From contig NZ_AP013028.1 in the NCBI RefSeq assembly GCF_000829315.1, forward strand, positions 450,001 to 482,000: a DNA stretch of 32,000 nt. Reading direction: 5' to 3'. This document shows, one piece after another, positions 17,677-27,951 of the stretch. A program made the translations under genes and the position numbers. The notes below the pieces were generated by a model. It searched no databases. It was given only the letters and a program-made list of their open reading frames with translations, and had not been told where the DNA came from. This DNA comes from Wolbachia endosymbiont of Cimex lectularius (GTDB taxonomy: Bacteria > Pseudomonadota > Alphaproteobacteria > Rickettsiales > Anaplasmataceae). Within the stretch, counting starts at the first letter, position 1. Each line of letters starts with the position of its first letter.

Positions 17677-18957
17677 TTATCCATTAAATCGTTTCATATC
17701 TTCAATTTGCAACAAGTAAGGGCTGTTTTTTGGTAAAGTTTTAACAGCTAACTCAGCATATTTCATAAATTGTTTTAAATTGCCTTCAATACAAGCCTTT
17801 TTCATTAAAGCAAAATAATGCATTGCTGTATCAGCATTACGTTTATATGCAATACTTAAGTATTTCCAAACGAAGGCATTATTTGGTTCCACACTTGCGA
17901 TCTGTTCCAGGTAAAAAATTGCTTTCTTTGCATCACCGTACAACAATAAAGTATGGGATAATGTAAGTTTCACCAAATAACTGTCTTTCTCAGATAAATA
18001 CCTAAGCGATTCTTCGTACATTTTTATTGCTTCACCTAAATTCCCCGCCTTGTACAGCATTCCTGCTCTTAATTCATATAAGTATGGGTCATTGCGTGAC
18101 TTTTGAACTAATGAATCAACTATAGCAATAGCCTCTTCCATCTTTCCTTGCCTATAATGGATTATAGCATTTACGTACTCAGAATTACCTTCATATTTAT
18201 TGGATAACACATGTATAGGAGAAAAGAAGGAATCTAGCTTTGTAACCATACGCTTAAACCTTAGTAACTTATCTGCAAGAATTGGTTTCACATTGTTTTT
18301 AACCTTATAATTTTGTACAGCAAATATGCGCTTATCACTAAGTGGATGAGTGCGGAAATACCCTTCAGTATTTTCATGTTCGATACTTTTAAAGTAGTCA
18401 AAGACCTCTTTCATACCTGAATTATCATAGCCAGATTCATCAAGGTACCTTAAAGCATAACTATCTGCTACACTTTCTTGCTCTTGAGAATAGTTAAAAA
18501 ACAGCCTTGAGCTAAGTGCTACGCCGCTTAGCAAAATTGCACTAGCGACCTGGGGATTAATAATAATAGTAGAAACCAATCCTACCACGTAACTGATCAT
18601 TGCTATTGATTGAAAATAACCCACAGCACCACTTAGCTGCAATACATGACCAGCAGATATATGAGCAATCTCATGTGCTAATATGCCAAGCAGAATGTAA
18701 GGCTCAGTTGAATGTTGCAAAAGTCCTAAGTGAATGAAAATGCTATTATTATCAATTACGAAAGCATTAATAGAATTATCATTAATTATGAAAACTTTTA
18801 TTCGATCACTATCGATGCCTGCAGCAGAAAATAAGGGTTGTGCTAGTTCTTTTACCACTGCCTCCACCTCACTATCTCTAATAACGTTAACAGAGTAAGC
18901 GCTACTGCAATATATAAAAAAGAGCAATAAGGTAAAAAACTTAGCGATTTTAAACAT
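17677..18957 (-). CDS. M48-family metallopeptidase with TPR-like C-terminus (BepA/YfgC-like)
   Basis: GILAHEIAHISAGHVLQLSGAV (HExxH), ADSYALRYLDESGYD, HPLSDKRI, then TPR-like repeats. Confidence 0.92.
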   Translation of the reverse strand: MFKIAKFFTLLLFFIYCSSAYSVNVIRDSEVEAVVKELAQPLFSAAGIDSDRIKVFIINDNSINAFVIDNNSIFIHLGLLQHSTEPYILLGILAHEIAHISAGHVLQLSGAVGYFQSIAMISYVVGLVSTIIINPQVASAILLSGVALSSRLFFNYSQEQESVADSYALRYLDESGYDNSGMKEVFDYFKSIEHENTEGYFRTHPLSDKRIFAVQNYKVKNNVKPILADKLLRFKRMVTKLDSFFSPIHVLSNKYEGNSEYVNAIIHYRQGKMEEAIAIVDSLVQKSRNDPYLYELRAGMLYKAGNLGEAIKMYEESLRYLSEKDSYLVKLTLSHTLLLYGDAKKAIFYLEQIASVEPNNAFVWKYLSIAYKRNADTAMHYFALMKKACIEGNLKQFMKYAELAVKTLPKNSPYLLQIEDMKRFNG

Positions 18958-19028
18958 GAAAATTCCGTATTTGTATAATTTTTAGGAATTTTACATTTTA
19001 ACACTTAAATTATACAAATTTATAAACG

Positions 19029-19682
19029 TTAGCTTAACTTTTTAACGTAGCTAACAAGTTTATCGATGGTAGTTAACTTAATCTTATGTTGTTCAGCAAA
19101 TTTAAGCAACTGAGGTAAGCGCATCATAGAGCCATCATCGTTCACTAATTCACACCCTACAGCCGCGTGATTAAGGCCAACTAACTTTGCTATTTCAACA
19201 CTTGCTTCAGTATGACCATTGCGTACCAAGACCCCACCATCGTTTGCAATAATGGGAAAAACATGACCGGGAGTGATAATATCATCTTTAGTGCTCTTTT
19301 CATCAACAGCGGTAAGTATTGTGTGCGTTCTATCATGAGCAGAAACACCTGTTGTAATACCATAACGTGCATCAATTGATGTAGTAAATGCAGTGTGAGG
19401 AATAAGCTTTTCATCTACATTACTTTTCCTCATAAACTCAAGGCCTAGCCTACTCATATGAGGTCTTGTCATAGCTAAAAATACAATGCCAGTGCCATAT
19501 CTAACCATAAAAGCTACATGTTTTGGCTCTAGTTTTTCAGCTAAGACAATCAGATCACCTTCATTTTCTCTATCCTCATCATCAACTAAAATAAATAACT
19601 TACCAGAACGGGCATCCTCTAACACATCTTCCACAGGAGAAATGTTAGATAGACTCATTGATGCATAAGTGGCCTGTACCAT
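19029..19682 (-). CDS. ribB: 3,4-dihydroxy-2-butanone 4-phosphate synthase
   Basis: GKLFILVDDEDRENEGDLIVLAEKLEPKHVAFMVRYGTGIVFLAM...FTTSIDARYGITTGVSAHDRTHTI...PGHVFPIIANDGGVLVRNGHTEASVEIAKLVGL; no RibA domain. Confidence 0.96.
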   Translation of the reverse strand: MVQATYASMSLSNISPVEDVLEDARSGKLFILVDDEDRENEGDLIVLAEKLEPKHVAFMVRYGTGIVFLAMTRPHMSRLGLEFMRKSNVDEKLIPHTAFTTSIDARYGITTGVSAHDRTHTILTAVDEKSTKDDIITPGHVFPIIANDGGVLVRNGHTEASVEIAKLVGLNHAAVGCELVNDDGSMMRLPQLLKFAEQHKIKLTTIDKLVSYVKKLS

Positions 19683-19685
19683 AAT

Positions 19686-20189
19686 TTATTTAAATTCAAT
19701 CTTAACTACTTTATATAACTTCTCTCCGCTTGGCACTACCACTTCCACGTATTCGCCAACTTTTTTGCCAATTAAAGCACTACCTAAAGGTGAACTAGTA
19801 GATATCAACTGTTTTGAAACATCAGCTTCATACTCACCTACAATTTTATAAATATATTCTGCTTCACTACCATCATCACTGAGCATGCTTAATGTCACGG
19901 TTGCACCAAACATTACTGAATCGCCAGACAAGCTTTTCACTTCTATTACTTCTGCATGTGAAATCTTGTTTTCTAACTCCATTATACGTTCTTCGATAAA
20001 ACCTAATCTTTCTCGTGCAGCATGATACTCCGCGTTTTCGGATAAATCACCTTGATCACGTGCATCAGAAATAGCTTGTATAATGGAAGGCTTTTCTTCC
20101 TTTAATTTCTCAAGCTCGGCTTGCATATGTTCAAAACCTTCCCTTGTCATAGGAAACTTATTAACAATTGATGAAGCCATAACCACCAC
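19686..20189 (-). CDS. greA: Transcription elongation factor GreA
   Basis: FPMTREGFEHMQAELEKLKEEKPSIIQAISDARDQGDLSENAEYHAARERLGFIEERIMELENKI...SPLGSALIGKKVGEYVEVVVPSGE. Confidence 0.97.
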   Translation of the reverse strand: MVVMASSIVNKFPMTREGFEHMQAELEKLKEEKPSIIQAISDARDQGDLSENAEYHAARERLGFIEERIMELENKISHAEVIEVKSLSGDSVMFGATVTLSMLSDDGSEAEYIYKIVGEYEADVSKQLISTSSPLGSALIGKKVGEYVEVVVPSGEKLYKVVKIEFK

Positions 20190-21737
20190 CTAAACGTAAT
20201 TAAATTGAGTAATAAAATTACTCACAATATTGAAAATATCGTCTTTTATAACATCATTCATGCTGTTTGACAACTTTTTTAAAACTCCGGGGTGCACAGC
20301 ATGAAAATAATTGATAAGATCATATTCAAATTTATTGACATCGCTTATTTGTACCTTGCTTAACTGATCATACAGATTAGAAAAGACGTACATCAACGCC
20401 ACTTGCTCTTCTATTGGCATAGGTGAATGCTGCCTTTGCTTTAATAACTCAACAAGATATTTACCCTTGTTTAAGGACAGTTGAACACTAGCATCGAGAT
20501 CAGAACCAAATTTTGCGAAATCTTCTAACTCTCTATATTGAGCCAAACTTAGCTTTATAGAACCAGCAACTTTTTTCACGGATTTCAATTGCGCGGCAGA
20601 GCCAACCCGAGAAACTGATAAACCTATATTTACCGCAGGACGAAATCCTTTATGAAATAATTCAGACTCGAGGAAGATTTGTCCATCGGTAATCGAAATT
20701 ACGTTAGTTGGAACATATGCAGATACATCACCAGCTTGAGTTTCGATAATTGGCAAAGCAGTTAGAGACCCCTGCCCTTTTTCATCAGACATTTTAGCAG
20801 CTCTTTCAAGTAAACGGGAATGTACATAGAATATATCTCCAGGATAAGCTTCACGGCCAGGAGGACGCCTCAATAATAAGGACATCTGCCTATATGCCAC
20901 GGCGTGCTTAGATAAATCATCATACACCACCAAGCAATGCATTCCATTATCACGGAAAAATTCTCCAATAGTGCAACCAGCGTAAGGTGCTAAAAATTGC
21001 ATAGGCGCGCAGTCAGATGCACTAGCCACAACTACAGTTGTATACTCCAGTGCCCCACTTTCTTTCAGCTTATTTACCACTTTTGCCACTGTTGAAATCT
21101 TTTGTCCAATAGCAACATAAACACAGTAAACTTTTTGGTTTTCGTCCACTTCATCATTAATTTTCTTCTGATTAATGATGGTATCAAGTGCAATAGTAGT
21201 TTTACCGATTTGTCTATCGCCAATAATTAATTCACGCTGTCCCCTGCCTATTGGAATTAGTAAGTCTACAATCTTAATTCCGGTCTGCAGAGGCTCATGC
21301 ACAGATTTACGATCAATAATGCCTGGCGCCTTAGATTCCATGTCCATTTTGTTTTTGGTTCTAATTTCCCCGCCGTTGTCTATAGGGTAGCCTAATGCGT
21401 TTACGACTCTTCCCAATAATTCATGCCCTACAGGAACCTGCACAACATCACCACTGCATTTTACAATATCCCCTTCTTTGACATCACGATCATTACCAAG
21501 TACCACTATCCCAGCTAAATCATGATCTAAATCAAAAACTATTCCTTCTATACCACTTGCAAAGAATACCTTTTCACCAAATTTTGCTTTTTTGAGTCCG
21601 TAAACCAATGCAATACCATCAGTTACTGAAATCACTTCACCTATATTTTCTCGCTTTACAGGATTATCAAACACCTCAACTTTTTCTTTTATTATGTTTA
21701 CTACCTCAGAAGCATTTATACCATTTTTCATACACAA
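20190..21737 (-). CDS. atpA: ATP synthase F1 alpha subunit
   Basis: [28 protein letters not shown]...[15 protein letters not shown]...[27 protein letters not shown]...[18 protein letters not shown]. Confidence 0.99.
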   Translation of the reverse strand: MCMKNGINASEVVNIIKEKVEVFDNPVKRENIGEVISVTDGIALVYGLKKAKFGEKVFFASGIEGIVFDLDHDLAGIVVLGNDRDVKEGDIVKCSGDVVQVPVGHELLGRVVNALGYPIDNGGEIRTKNKMDMESKAPGIIDRKSVHEPLQTGIKIVDLLIPIGRGQRELIIGDRQIGKTTIALDTIINQKKINDEVDENQKVYCVYVAIGQKISTVAKVVNKLKESGALEYTTVVVASASDCAPMQFLAPYAGCTIGEFFRDNGMHCLVVYDDLSKHAVAYRQMSLLLRRPPGREAYPGDIFYVHSRLLERAAKMSDEKGQGSLTALPIIETQAGDVSAYVPTNVISITDGQIFLESELFHKGFRPAVNIGLSVSRVGSAAQLKSVKKVAGSIKLSLAQYRELEDFAKFGSDLDASVQLSLNKGKYLVELLKQRQHSPMPIEEQVALMYVFSNLYDQLSKVQISDVNKFEYDLINYFHAVHPGVLKKLSNSMNDVIKDDIFNIVSNFITQFNYV

Positions 21738-22288
21738 TTCCTTATTTTCAATATTTCCATTTTACTCAAATCAACCAATCTATCTAAGTAACTTTTCAGC
21801 GAAGCATCAATCAAATTAAAACCATACTTCACCACAAAACCGCCCAGTATAGAAGGGTCAACCACGTTACTTACCTTTATTATTTTACCAAGAAAGTTCA
21901 GAGATTCAGTAATTATTTTTATATCTGGTTCCTTCAAAGCCTCTGCTGACTTTATAATAATCTCCAATTCGTTTTCATTTTCTCTCACAAAATTTAAGAA
22001 TTTTTCTAATATCAGGATTAACAAATTAGAACGCCTGTTTGCAGATACAACCATAATAAATTTTACTAAGCTCTCACTTAAGTTTTCATTTATAGAGAGT
22101 ATCACTTCTTTTTTGCGTGCAAGGGAAATCATAGGATGAGATAGGTATATAAAAATATCACGTTGATTTTTAAAAAAATCCAACAAAAATTCTACTTCTT
22201 TTCTTATAGTACCTAGTTTATCTTCTGAGATATAAAACAGCGCTCTAGCATAAGATGAAACTAAATTATTGTATTGGGTCCTTTTCAT
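21728..22288 (-). CDS. atpH: ATP synthase F1 delta subunit
   Basis: [27 protein letters not shown]...; C-terminal [36 protein letters not shown]. Overlaps the start of atpA by 10 nt. Confidence 0.95.
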   Translation of the reverse strand: MKRTQYNNLVSSYARALFYISEDKLGTIRKEVEFLLDFFKNQRDIFIYLSHPMISLARKKEVILSINENLSESLVKFIMVVSANRRSNLLILILEKFLNFVRENENELEIIIKSAEALKEPDIKIITESLNFLGKIIKVSNVVDPSILGGFVVKYGFNLIDASLKSYLDRLVDLSKMEILKIRNCV

Positions 22289-22580
22289 ATTAAATTACTT
22301 ATATATAGCCGTGGCTTGACCACAAAATCCAGCCTAAAAAATTTAGATTCCAGCGGGCTTTGTTGCGTAAAAAAACTACTGACAAATTCATTATAAAATA
22401 ACTATCAAGGGAAAAATATTCTAGAAACAATAAAAATCAGTAATTAAACTGAATATAACAGATTTCTCAGAGAAAGGGAAGTATTTTTTTATTATCAATG
22501 AAGCAATTTGGATCAGAAGTGCAAAGCAGCAACTATCAGTTGCAGAGTGTATAACGAAAGCAATTTATTGGCAAAAAGAT

Positions 22581-22931
22581 TTATTTCTTTTCTTCCGCTC
22601 CACACTTGTCCATAATGGAAGTATTTCCAGTACCACCTACACCACCGATTACTTTTGTCACAATAGCTTTTGCACCAAAAAACACAACGCAAAATACACC
22701 GAGTGCAAAAAGTGCCGGCCAGGGCATTTTACCGAATATTGCAAGCAAAGCCGCACCTATTATTACTATAGTCATAAGAGGTCCACCTATTCCCCAAACG
22801 TATTTAATAATATTGCATATTACTTTGGTAGTTGCATCAAGATCACTATCAGCAGCACTGCTCATATGAGAAAAGGAAATAAATAATATTATAAGAAAAA
22901 CACTAAAAACTTTCCTAATTGTAGGGTTCAT
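22581..22931 (-). CDS. virB2: VirB2-like pilin, paralog 2
   Basis: VICNIIKYVWGIGGPLMTIVIIGAALLAIFGKMPWPALFALGVFCVVFFGAKAIV, with N-terminal signal. Confidence 0.85.
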   Translation of the reverse strand: MNPTIRKVFSVFLIILFISFSHMSSAADSDLDATTKVICNIIKYVWGIGGPLMTIVIIGAALLAIFGKMPWPALFALGVFCVVFFGAKAIVTKVIGGVGGTGNTSIMDKCGAEEKK

Positions 22932-23084
22932 CCCTATACCTTAAATTTAGACATTGTAATTATATCTAAAATAGTATAATTTTTGGTAAAGCTAGCATAA
23001 AGATTAAAAAGGTTCAAGCATCAGGAGACAATGGAGGACGGCTAGAGAATAATTAACTGCCTTTGATATCACTGAGCAAACTTC

Positions 23085-24203
23085 CTATTTTTTTTTTACT
23101 TTACTAAAAAACCCTTCAGATTGCCGTTGCATGTTTGCACTTTCTTCTGCTTCAAATGTTTTCAACAGCTCAATTTGTTTTTCAGTTAAGTTTTTTGGAT
23201 TTAAAGTCTCAACTATTACCTGCACATACAAATCACCACGTACATTTGAGTTCATATATGGCATACCCTTTTCTCTACAGCGTAGTTTGGTACCAGTTTG
23301 AGTGCCTTCAGGAACCTTTAATTTTATTTTAGCCCCATCAATTGACTGGACATCGATTTCACCACCAAGCACTGCTAATGTCATTCTTATGGGCACCTTG
23401 CAATGTAAATCTGCTTTATCTCGAGTAAAGATCTTGTGTGGAGCGATTTTAACATATACATATAAATCTCCGCTTTTTCCACCTCTTACTCCAGCTTCCC
23501 CTTTACCGCTTACCCTTACCTTAGCGCCTTTCTCTATACCTTTTGGAATTGAAACTGATATATTTACTTCATCTCTTCTGCGTCCATTTCCACCACATTT
23601 TTTGCATTTATTCTGTATTATTTCTCCTTCCCCATAACATGTGGTACATGTTCTCTCGATTGTAAAAAAGCCCTGCTGGGTCCTGATCCTACCGCTTCCT
23701 TGACACATGTGACACTGAACTGGTTTGATCGTTCCTTCGCTACCTGTACCTTGACACGTGTCACATTTTACATTTGTAACGTAATGTATAGGCACTTGTA
23801 TTCCTTTAAATGCGTCTTCTAAGGTAATTTCAAGATCATAACGCAAGTCCGACCCAGGAACTCTCGTTGTGCTTCTCTTTGCCCTACTTGACCCTCCAAA
23901 TCCTCCGCCAAAAAAGTCGTTGAATATGTCACTAAAATCTCCCGCAGCCTGGCCAAAATCAAATCCACCAAAACCACCATCTTCATGTCCGTAACGATCA
24001 TAGCCTGCCTTTTTTTCAGGGTCAGACAGAACTTCATACGCAGCCGTTATTTCTTTAAATTTTTCCTCTGCTTCTTTATTACCAGGATTTCTATCTGGAT
24101 GATACTTTAACGCTAATTTCTTATATGCTTTTTTTATCTCATCAACACTGGCATTTCTGTCTACTTCCAGCAGTTCATAATAGTCTTTTGTGCTCATATA
24201 CAA
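23085..24203 (-). CDS. dnaJ: Chaperone protein DnaJ
   Basis: J-domain ([47 protein letters not shown]), G/F region, four CxxCxGxG zinc motifs, C-terminal domain. Confidence 0.99.
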   Translation of the reverse strand: MYMSTKDYYELLEVDRNASVDEIKKAYKKLALKYHPDRNPGNKEAEEKFKEITAAYEVLSDPEKKAGYDRYGHEDGGFGGFDFGQAAGDFSDIFNDFFGGGFGGSSRAKRSTTRVPGSDLRYDLEITLEDAFKGIQVPIHYVTNVKCDTCQGTGSEGTIKPVQCHMCQGSGRIRTQQGFFTIERTCTTCYGEGEIIQNKCKKCGGNGRRRDEVNISVSIPKGIEKGAKVRVSGKGEAGVRGGKSGDLYVYVKIAPHKIFTRDKADLHCKVPIRMTLAVLGGEIDVQSIDGAKIKLKVPEGTQTGTKLRCREKGMPYMNSNVRGDLYVQVIVETLNPKNLTEKQIELLKTFEAEESANMQRQSEGFFSKVKKK

Positions 24204-24290
24204 TAGTTCAGTATTTAACCTTTAAAGATAGGTACTTCATATATCGATTTCAAGTGAGGCCTCTGTTTTCTTCGTAGACTAAAAACATTG

Positions 24291-24365
24291 TGCACCCTGA
24301 GCGACTCGAACGCCCGACCTTTTGATCCGTAGTCAAATGCTCTAATCCAACTGAGCTAAGGGTGC
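24291..24365 (-). tRNA. tRNA-Arg (anticodon ACG)
   Basis: Minus strand GCACCCTTAGCTCAGTTGGATTAGAGCATTTGACTACGGATCAAAAGGTCGGGCGTTCGAGTCGCTCAGGGTGCA. Acceptor GCACCCT/AGGGTGC, anticodon stem TTTGA/TCAAA, loop CTACGGA; 75 nt, CCA not encoded. Confidence 0.97.
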
Positions 24366-24531
24366 CTTTGATAAAATCAACTTTAACAGATTTTACAGCT
24401 TGATTCAATTGGTTTGGCTAAAAATAAAATAGCACCAAAGTTAAATTGATAGTATGATAAATTTACTAATACTCTTAACTTAAATTTAATAAATGCAAAG
24501 GAAAATCTAGCATAAAATTATTGGAGACATA

Positions 24532-24861
24532 ATGAAAAATTTTCTTCTACTTATAGCTTTAATCCTCTCTTTTGCATTTGATGCAAATGCTGCTAAGCAG
24601 AGTAAAACTCAAGGTGATGAAACATCAGAAGTGATATGCAGCATAGTAAAATATACCCAAAGCATAGGTGGGCCGATGATCACAGTAGTAATAATAGGTG
24701 CAGCTCTGCTTGCAATATTCGGAAGAATGCCTTGGCCTGCTCTTTTTGCACTCGGAGCATTTACTGCTGTGTTTTTTGGTGCTCCTATAGTTGTTTCAAA
24801 AATAATGCCAAACGCTGGTGTGGCTTGTAAAGATGGTACAGTACAGAAAGTGACTCCGTAA
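24532..24861 (+). CDS. virB2: VirB2-like pilin, paralog 3 (more divergent)
   Basis: VICSIVKYTQSIGGPMITVVIIGAALLAIFGRMPWPALFALGAFTAVFFGAPIVVSKI. Confidence 0.83.
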   Translation: MKNFLLLIALILSFAFDANAAKQSKTQGDETSEVICSIVKYTQSIGGPMITVVIIGAALLAIFGRMPWPALFALGAFTAVFFGAPIVVSKIMPNAGVACKDGTVQKVTP

Positions 24862-24983
24862 AATAGAAATAATTGGAAGCATTGTGATTTGTAAAAATGG
24901 TAAGGTTGAATTGCTCTGCTAGTTAAACATGGCAAGGCGGAAGATGCCTCTTTCAATGGGTGCCACAATTTCGGAAAAACACC

Positions 24984-25018
24984 AAGTAATGGTGCTTCTT
25001 AAAAAAGCACCATTACTT
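24984..25018. repeat. Perfect 14-bp stem hairpin with 7-nt loop
   Basis: aagtaatggtgctt-cttaaaa-aagcaccattactt. Confidence 0.8.
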
Positions 25019-25146
25019 CACAACTATTGTGAGCAATCTCTGCCAAGAGAGTGTTACCCTAGTAACCCATTTCTTGTCATCCCAGCGCGCGACGCTGGGA
25101 TCTCATTTCACCTTATGACGGTGCCATAAAAGTAGCCCCCTTCCTG

Positions 25147-25781
25147 GTCGAGTAGGCCGGTGGAACTTCCCCACCAGCCCCTCACAGAACTGTGCATGAA
25201 CCTCTCGATTCACACAGCTCTTGTCATTTTTAGCCTTTACATCAAAGACCTACCTTAATTATTTGCTCCTCCCATTTCGGTTGACAAATAACTAAAACCC
25301 AAATGACTTAGTCCCTTCGCTCCATCTCCATTACAGAGACTTCTTCACTACTACGAACTAATCCGCCCCTGTTTTCCGCATCGATACTCTCATCCTCGAA
25401 GTTTAGCTTCTTGGATTTCTCCCTTATTATCGAAACGACAGGTTCCCGCAGTTCTACACAATAGCCCAAAATAGATTCGCGCCACCTCTATGCCGGACGC
25501 CACTACCCAATAAACAAGTTTCCGGTAGATTTATCCCAGGTTAGGATGAAACCCCTGGTTTTGACGTCATCTAAGGCCTTTCGACACTTCTTCAGTGGTT
25601 CATTTTCATTCCCCTCTCTATTTCACACATGACGCATAATTGCGCCTTTTCCATAACGCTCACTACCTTGGCTCTTTACCAAAGCAGCTTATGGTTGTTT
25701 GAAGCCTGCTCTTGTAAACCGGCTCCGAGGGGCCCACCCTCATCTATTGTGCAGCTTCAGCTTACCGCTTCTACGGCACAC
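25147..25781 (-). ncRNA. ORF-less (mini) group II intron
   Basis: On the minus strand the 5' end is GTGTGCC (GUGYG consensus) and the 3' end is CCTACTCGAC (AY). Domain V at 25187..25220 is GAGCTGTG/TGAATC/GAGA/GGTTCA/TG/CACAGTTC, exactly 34 nt with the AGC triad, GNRA loop and 2-nt bulge. Domain VI stem GGCTGGTGG/CCACCGGCC has a bulged A 7 nt from the 3' end. No RT ORF. Confidence 0.85.
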
Positions 25782-25959
25782 TCATTCCAGTGCCTCCTCT
25801 TTTGTCATTCCAGTGCTCGACACTAGAATCCAGGAAAGTTTGCTTGTTCACAAGCAAACTGATTCGGTGATCATGGAAAGTAGCTAATCTTGTGCTAAAA
25901 ACGTTCTTGGTGAGGTTGCATGGGAAGCTGGATTCCAGCGTCACGCGCTGGAATGACAC

Positions 25960-26306
25960 CACTTGCTGTAAAAATAAATGTTCGTTCATGAATTGCTTTA
26001 ATATTTAAGAAATTTACTAAATAGAGAAAAAGGCAAAGAAATCCCGAGTGGCGAGTTTTGACTCTATAATACTTTAAATTGGCGCTATAATAATTTGCTG
26101 ACGCTTAGTTCAAGCGCGATTTGGCTGAATGTAGAAAAAATGAAAAAGACATGCAGCCGCTATAATTTGATACAATCCGCCAAAAAATACCCTGAGTTTT
26201 TTACTGAATTTTGTCATTGAGCCTGCAGATCAAAAACAAGTTTTGATTTAGAAACACCCTTGCTGTTATGGTAACGGGTTTGGCGAAAGTTGTCAAGTAG
26301 TTTTTT
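25960..26306 (+). repeat. Dispersed repeat, copy C
   Basis: aaaaataaatgttcgttcatgaattg...ttaagaaatttactaaatagagaaaaaggcaaagaaa...aaaaagacatgcag...gtcattgagcctgcaga...ggtttggcgaaagttgtcaagtagtttttt. More diverged than the other copies, with only one head subunit. Confidence 0.8.
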
Positions 26307-26407
26307 CGCATATACCAAAAGCTGTTTTTTATGCGAGAAGTCCACTTTCAGAAATTTGTTTATTTAGATAATATTTAGTCTATACTTTATTTTGACCAAA
26401 AAAACCT

Positions 26408-27151
26408 ATGTATAAAACTTTAATCACGTGTTTTGTTCTTCTGATTTGCTCTTTTGCGCAATCTTATGCGAATGATGATGTTCATCTTGAAAAAAGTGAA
26501 ACTGAGCTATATGAGGAGGTAGTTAAGCTTTTTGACCAGAAAAAATATAAACAAGCCATCAGAGCATTTCAAAAAATTGAAGATTTGTACCCCTTCTCTT
26601 ATTGGGCGATGAAAGCAAAATTATTATCTGGTATTTCTCACTACAATATGGGCAACTACAGCAGTGCTGCAAGTGATATGGACGATTACACACAGATTTA
26701 TTCAAATGGTGAAGACTTACCGTATGTGTACTACCTAAGGGTATTATCTCATTATATGCAAATCAATAAAGTACAACTCGGGCAACAAACGGCATATAAA
26801 GCTTTAGAGCTAGCTGCTGAGTACATCAATCTCTTCCCAGGCAGTGAACATACAGAAGAGATAAAGGAAAAAGTAAAGCTAGTTACTGAACATATATTAG
26901 CGAAAGAATATTCTATCGGTAGGTTCTACATAAGGCGTGGTGAATATCTAGCAGCAATTAAGCGTTTTCAAAATGTAATAAGCAGCAAGGATTCTAGCTA
27001 CTTTCCTAGATCTGTTAACTATCTAATAGCAGCTCATTCAGCCCTTGGCCTTGATCTGGAAGCTCAGCAGTATGAAAGTATGCTAGCAGGAACCCTCAAA
27101 AGGAAAGACGAAGTTCCATGTGAGAACAGCAAACTTGAAAATTCGCTTTAG
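26408..27151 (+). CDS. bamD: Outer membrane protein assembly factor BamD (tetratricopeptide lipoprotein-like)
   Basis: ETELYEEVVKLFDQKKYKQAIRAFQKIEDLYPFSYWAMKAKLLSGISHYNMGNYSSAASDMDDY...AKEYSIGRFYIRRGEYLAAIKRFQNVI. Confidence 0.88.
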   Translation: MYKTLITCFVLLICSFAQSYANDDVHLEKSETELYEEVVKLFDQKKYKQAIRAFQKIEDLYPFSYWAMKAKLLSGISHYNMGNYSSAASDMDDYTQIYSNGEDLPYVYYLRVLSHYMQINKVQLGQQTAYKALELAAEYINLFPGSEHTEEIKEKVKLVTEHILAKEYSIGRFYIRRGEYLAAIKRFQNVISSKDSSYFPRSVNYLIAAHSALGLDLEAQQYESMLAGTLKRKDEVPCENSKLENSL

Positions 27152-27192
27152 TTTTCTCTATGCTTTGATATATAATTTAAGTTTGTAACTAT

Positions 27193-27948
27193 TTGAATAT
27201 GGCTGGTCATTCACAATTTTCAAATATAAAACACCGGAAAGGCGCTCAGGATGCAAAGCGCTCTCAAAAATTTACGAAGCTCATTAGAGAAATAACAGTT
27301 GCTGCAAAGCAAGGGCTGCCTGATCCTGAACTCAATCCACGTCTTCGTTCTGCTATATTTGCTGCACGTAAGGAAAATTTGCCAAAAGATAAAATAGAAG
27401 CAGCAATAAAAAACGCAACTGGTAGTGTTGCAGGAGAAAATTATGAGGAAATACAATATGAGGGCTATGGACCTTCTGGCACTGCACTTATTGTTCATGC
27501 TCTAACGAATAACCGCAACCGAACTGCTTCTGAGGTGCGTTATATATTCTCTCGCAAGGGTGGAAATTCGGGAGAAACAGGAAGTGTTAGCTATCTTTTT
27601 GATCATGTAGGCTTAATCGTCTATAAAGCAGAGGGCGCAAACTTTGAAGATTTGTTTGATTACGGAATCGAATTAGAAGTATTGAATGTTGAGGAAAATA
27701 ACAAAGAAGAATTGTATGTTATAACCTGTGAAGTAAAGAATTTTGGTAAAGTGCGTGATGCTTTTTATGCAAAATTTGGGGAGCCAGAACTTGCTCGTCT
27801 TTCATGGCAACCAAAGGATCTGATTGAAGTTAGCGATAAGGAATTAATTGATAAATTATCTGCATTGGTCGAAGAGCTCGAAGATAATGATGATGTACAA
27901 TACGTTGAAGGTAATTTTACTTTTGCTGGTGATAATTTTGCCGCTTAA
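27193..27948 (+). CDS. yebC: YebC/PmpR-family transcriptional/translational regulator
   Basis: MAGHSQFSNIKHRKGAQDAKRSQKFTKLIREITVAAKQGLPDPELNPRLRSAIFAARKENLPKDKIEAAIKNATG. The likely start is the second Met (MAGHSQF, 27199). Confidence 0.96.
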   Translation: MNMAGHSQFSNIKHRKGAQDAKRSQKFTKLIREITVAAKQGLPDPELNPRLRSAIFAARKENLPKDKIEAAIKNATGSVAGENYEEIQYEGYGPSGTALIVHALTNNRNRTASEVRYIFSRKGGNSGETGSVSYLFDHVGLIVYKAEGANFEDLFDYGIELEVLNVEENNKEELYVITCEVKNFGKVRDAFYAKFGEPELARLSWQPKDLIEVSDKELIDKLSALVEELEDNDDVQYVEGNFTFAGDNFAA

Positions 27949-27951
27949 GTT

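Noticed and set aside
22340-22375. gcgggctttgttgcgtaaaa, which resembles an IS5-type terminal sequence; a similar ttttgttgcgcaaag occurs near 5845
   Set aside because: Only a short end-like fragment, with no transposase or paired inverted repeat identified here. Too weak to call an element.
24609-24968. 119-aa minus-strand ORF over VirB2 paralog 3
   Set aside because: Antisense to virB2. A similar shadow ORF occurs opposite paralog 2 (22606..22869), which is expected from the shared core sequence.
25629-25989. Small ORFs 25629..25826, 25699..25887 and 25771..25989
   Set aside because: They lie across the group II intron and palindromic repeats; the translations reflect repeat sequence, not a protein.
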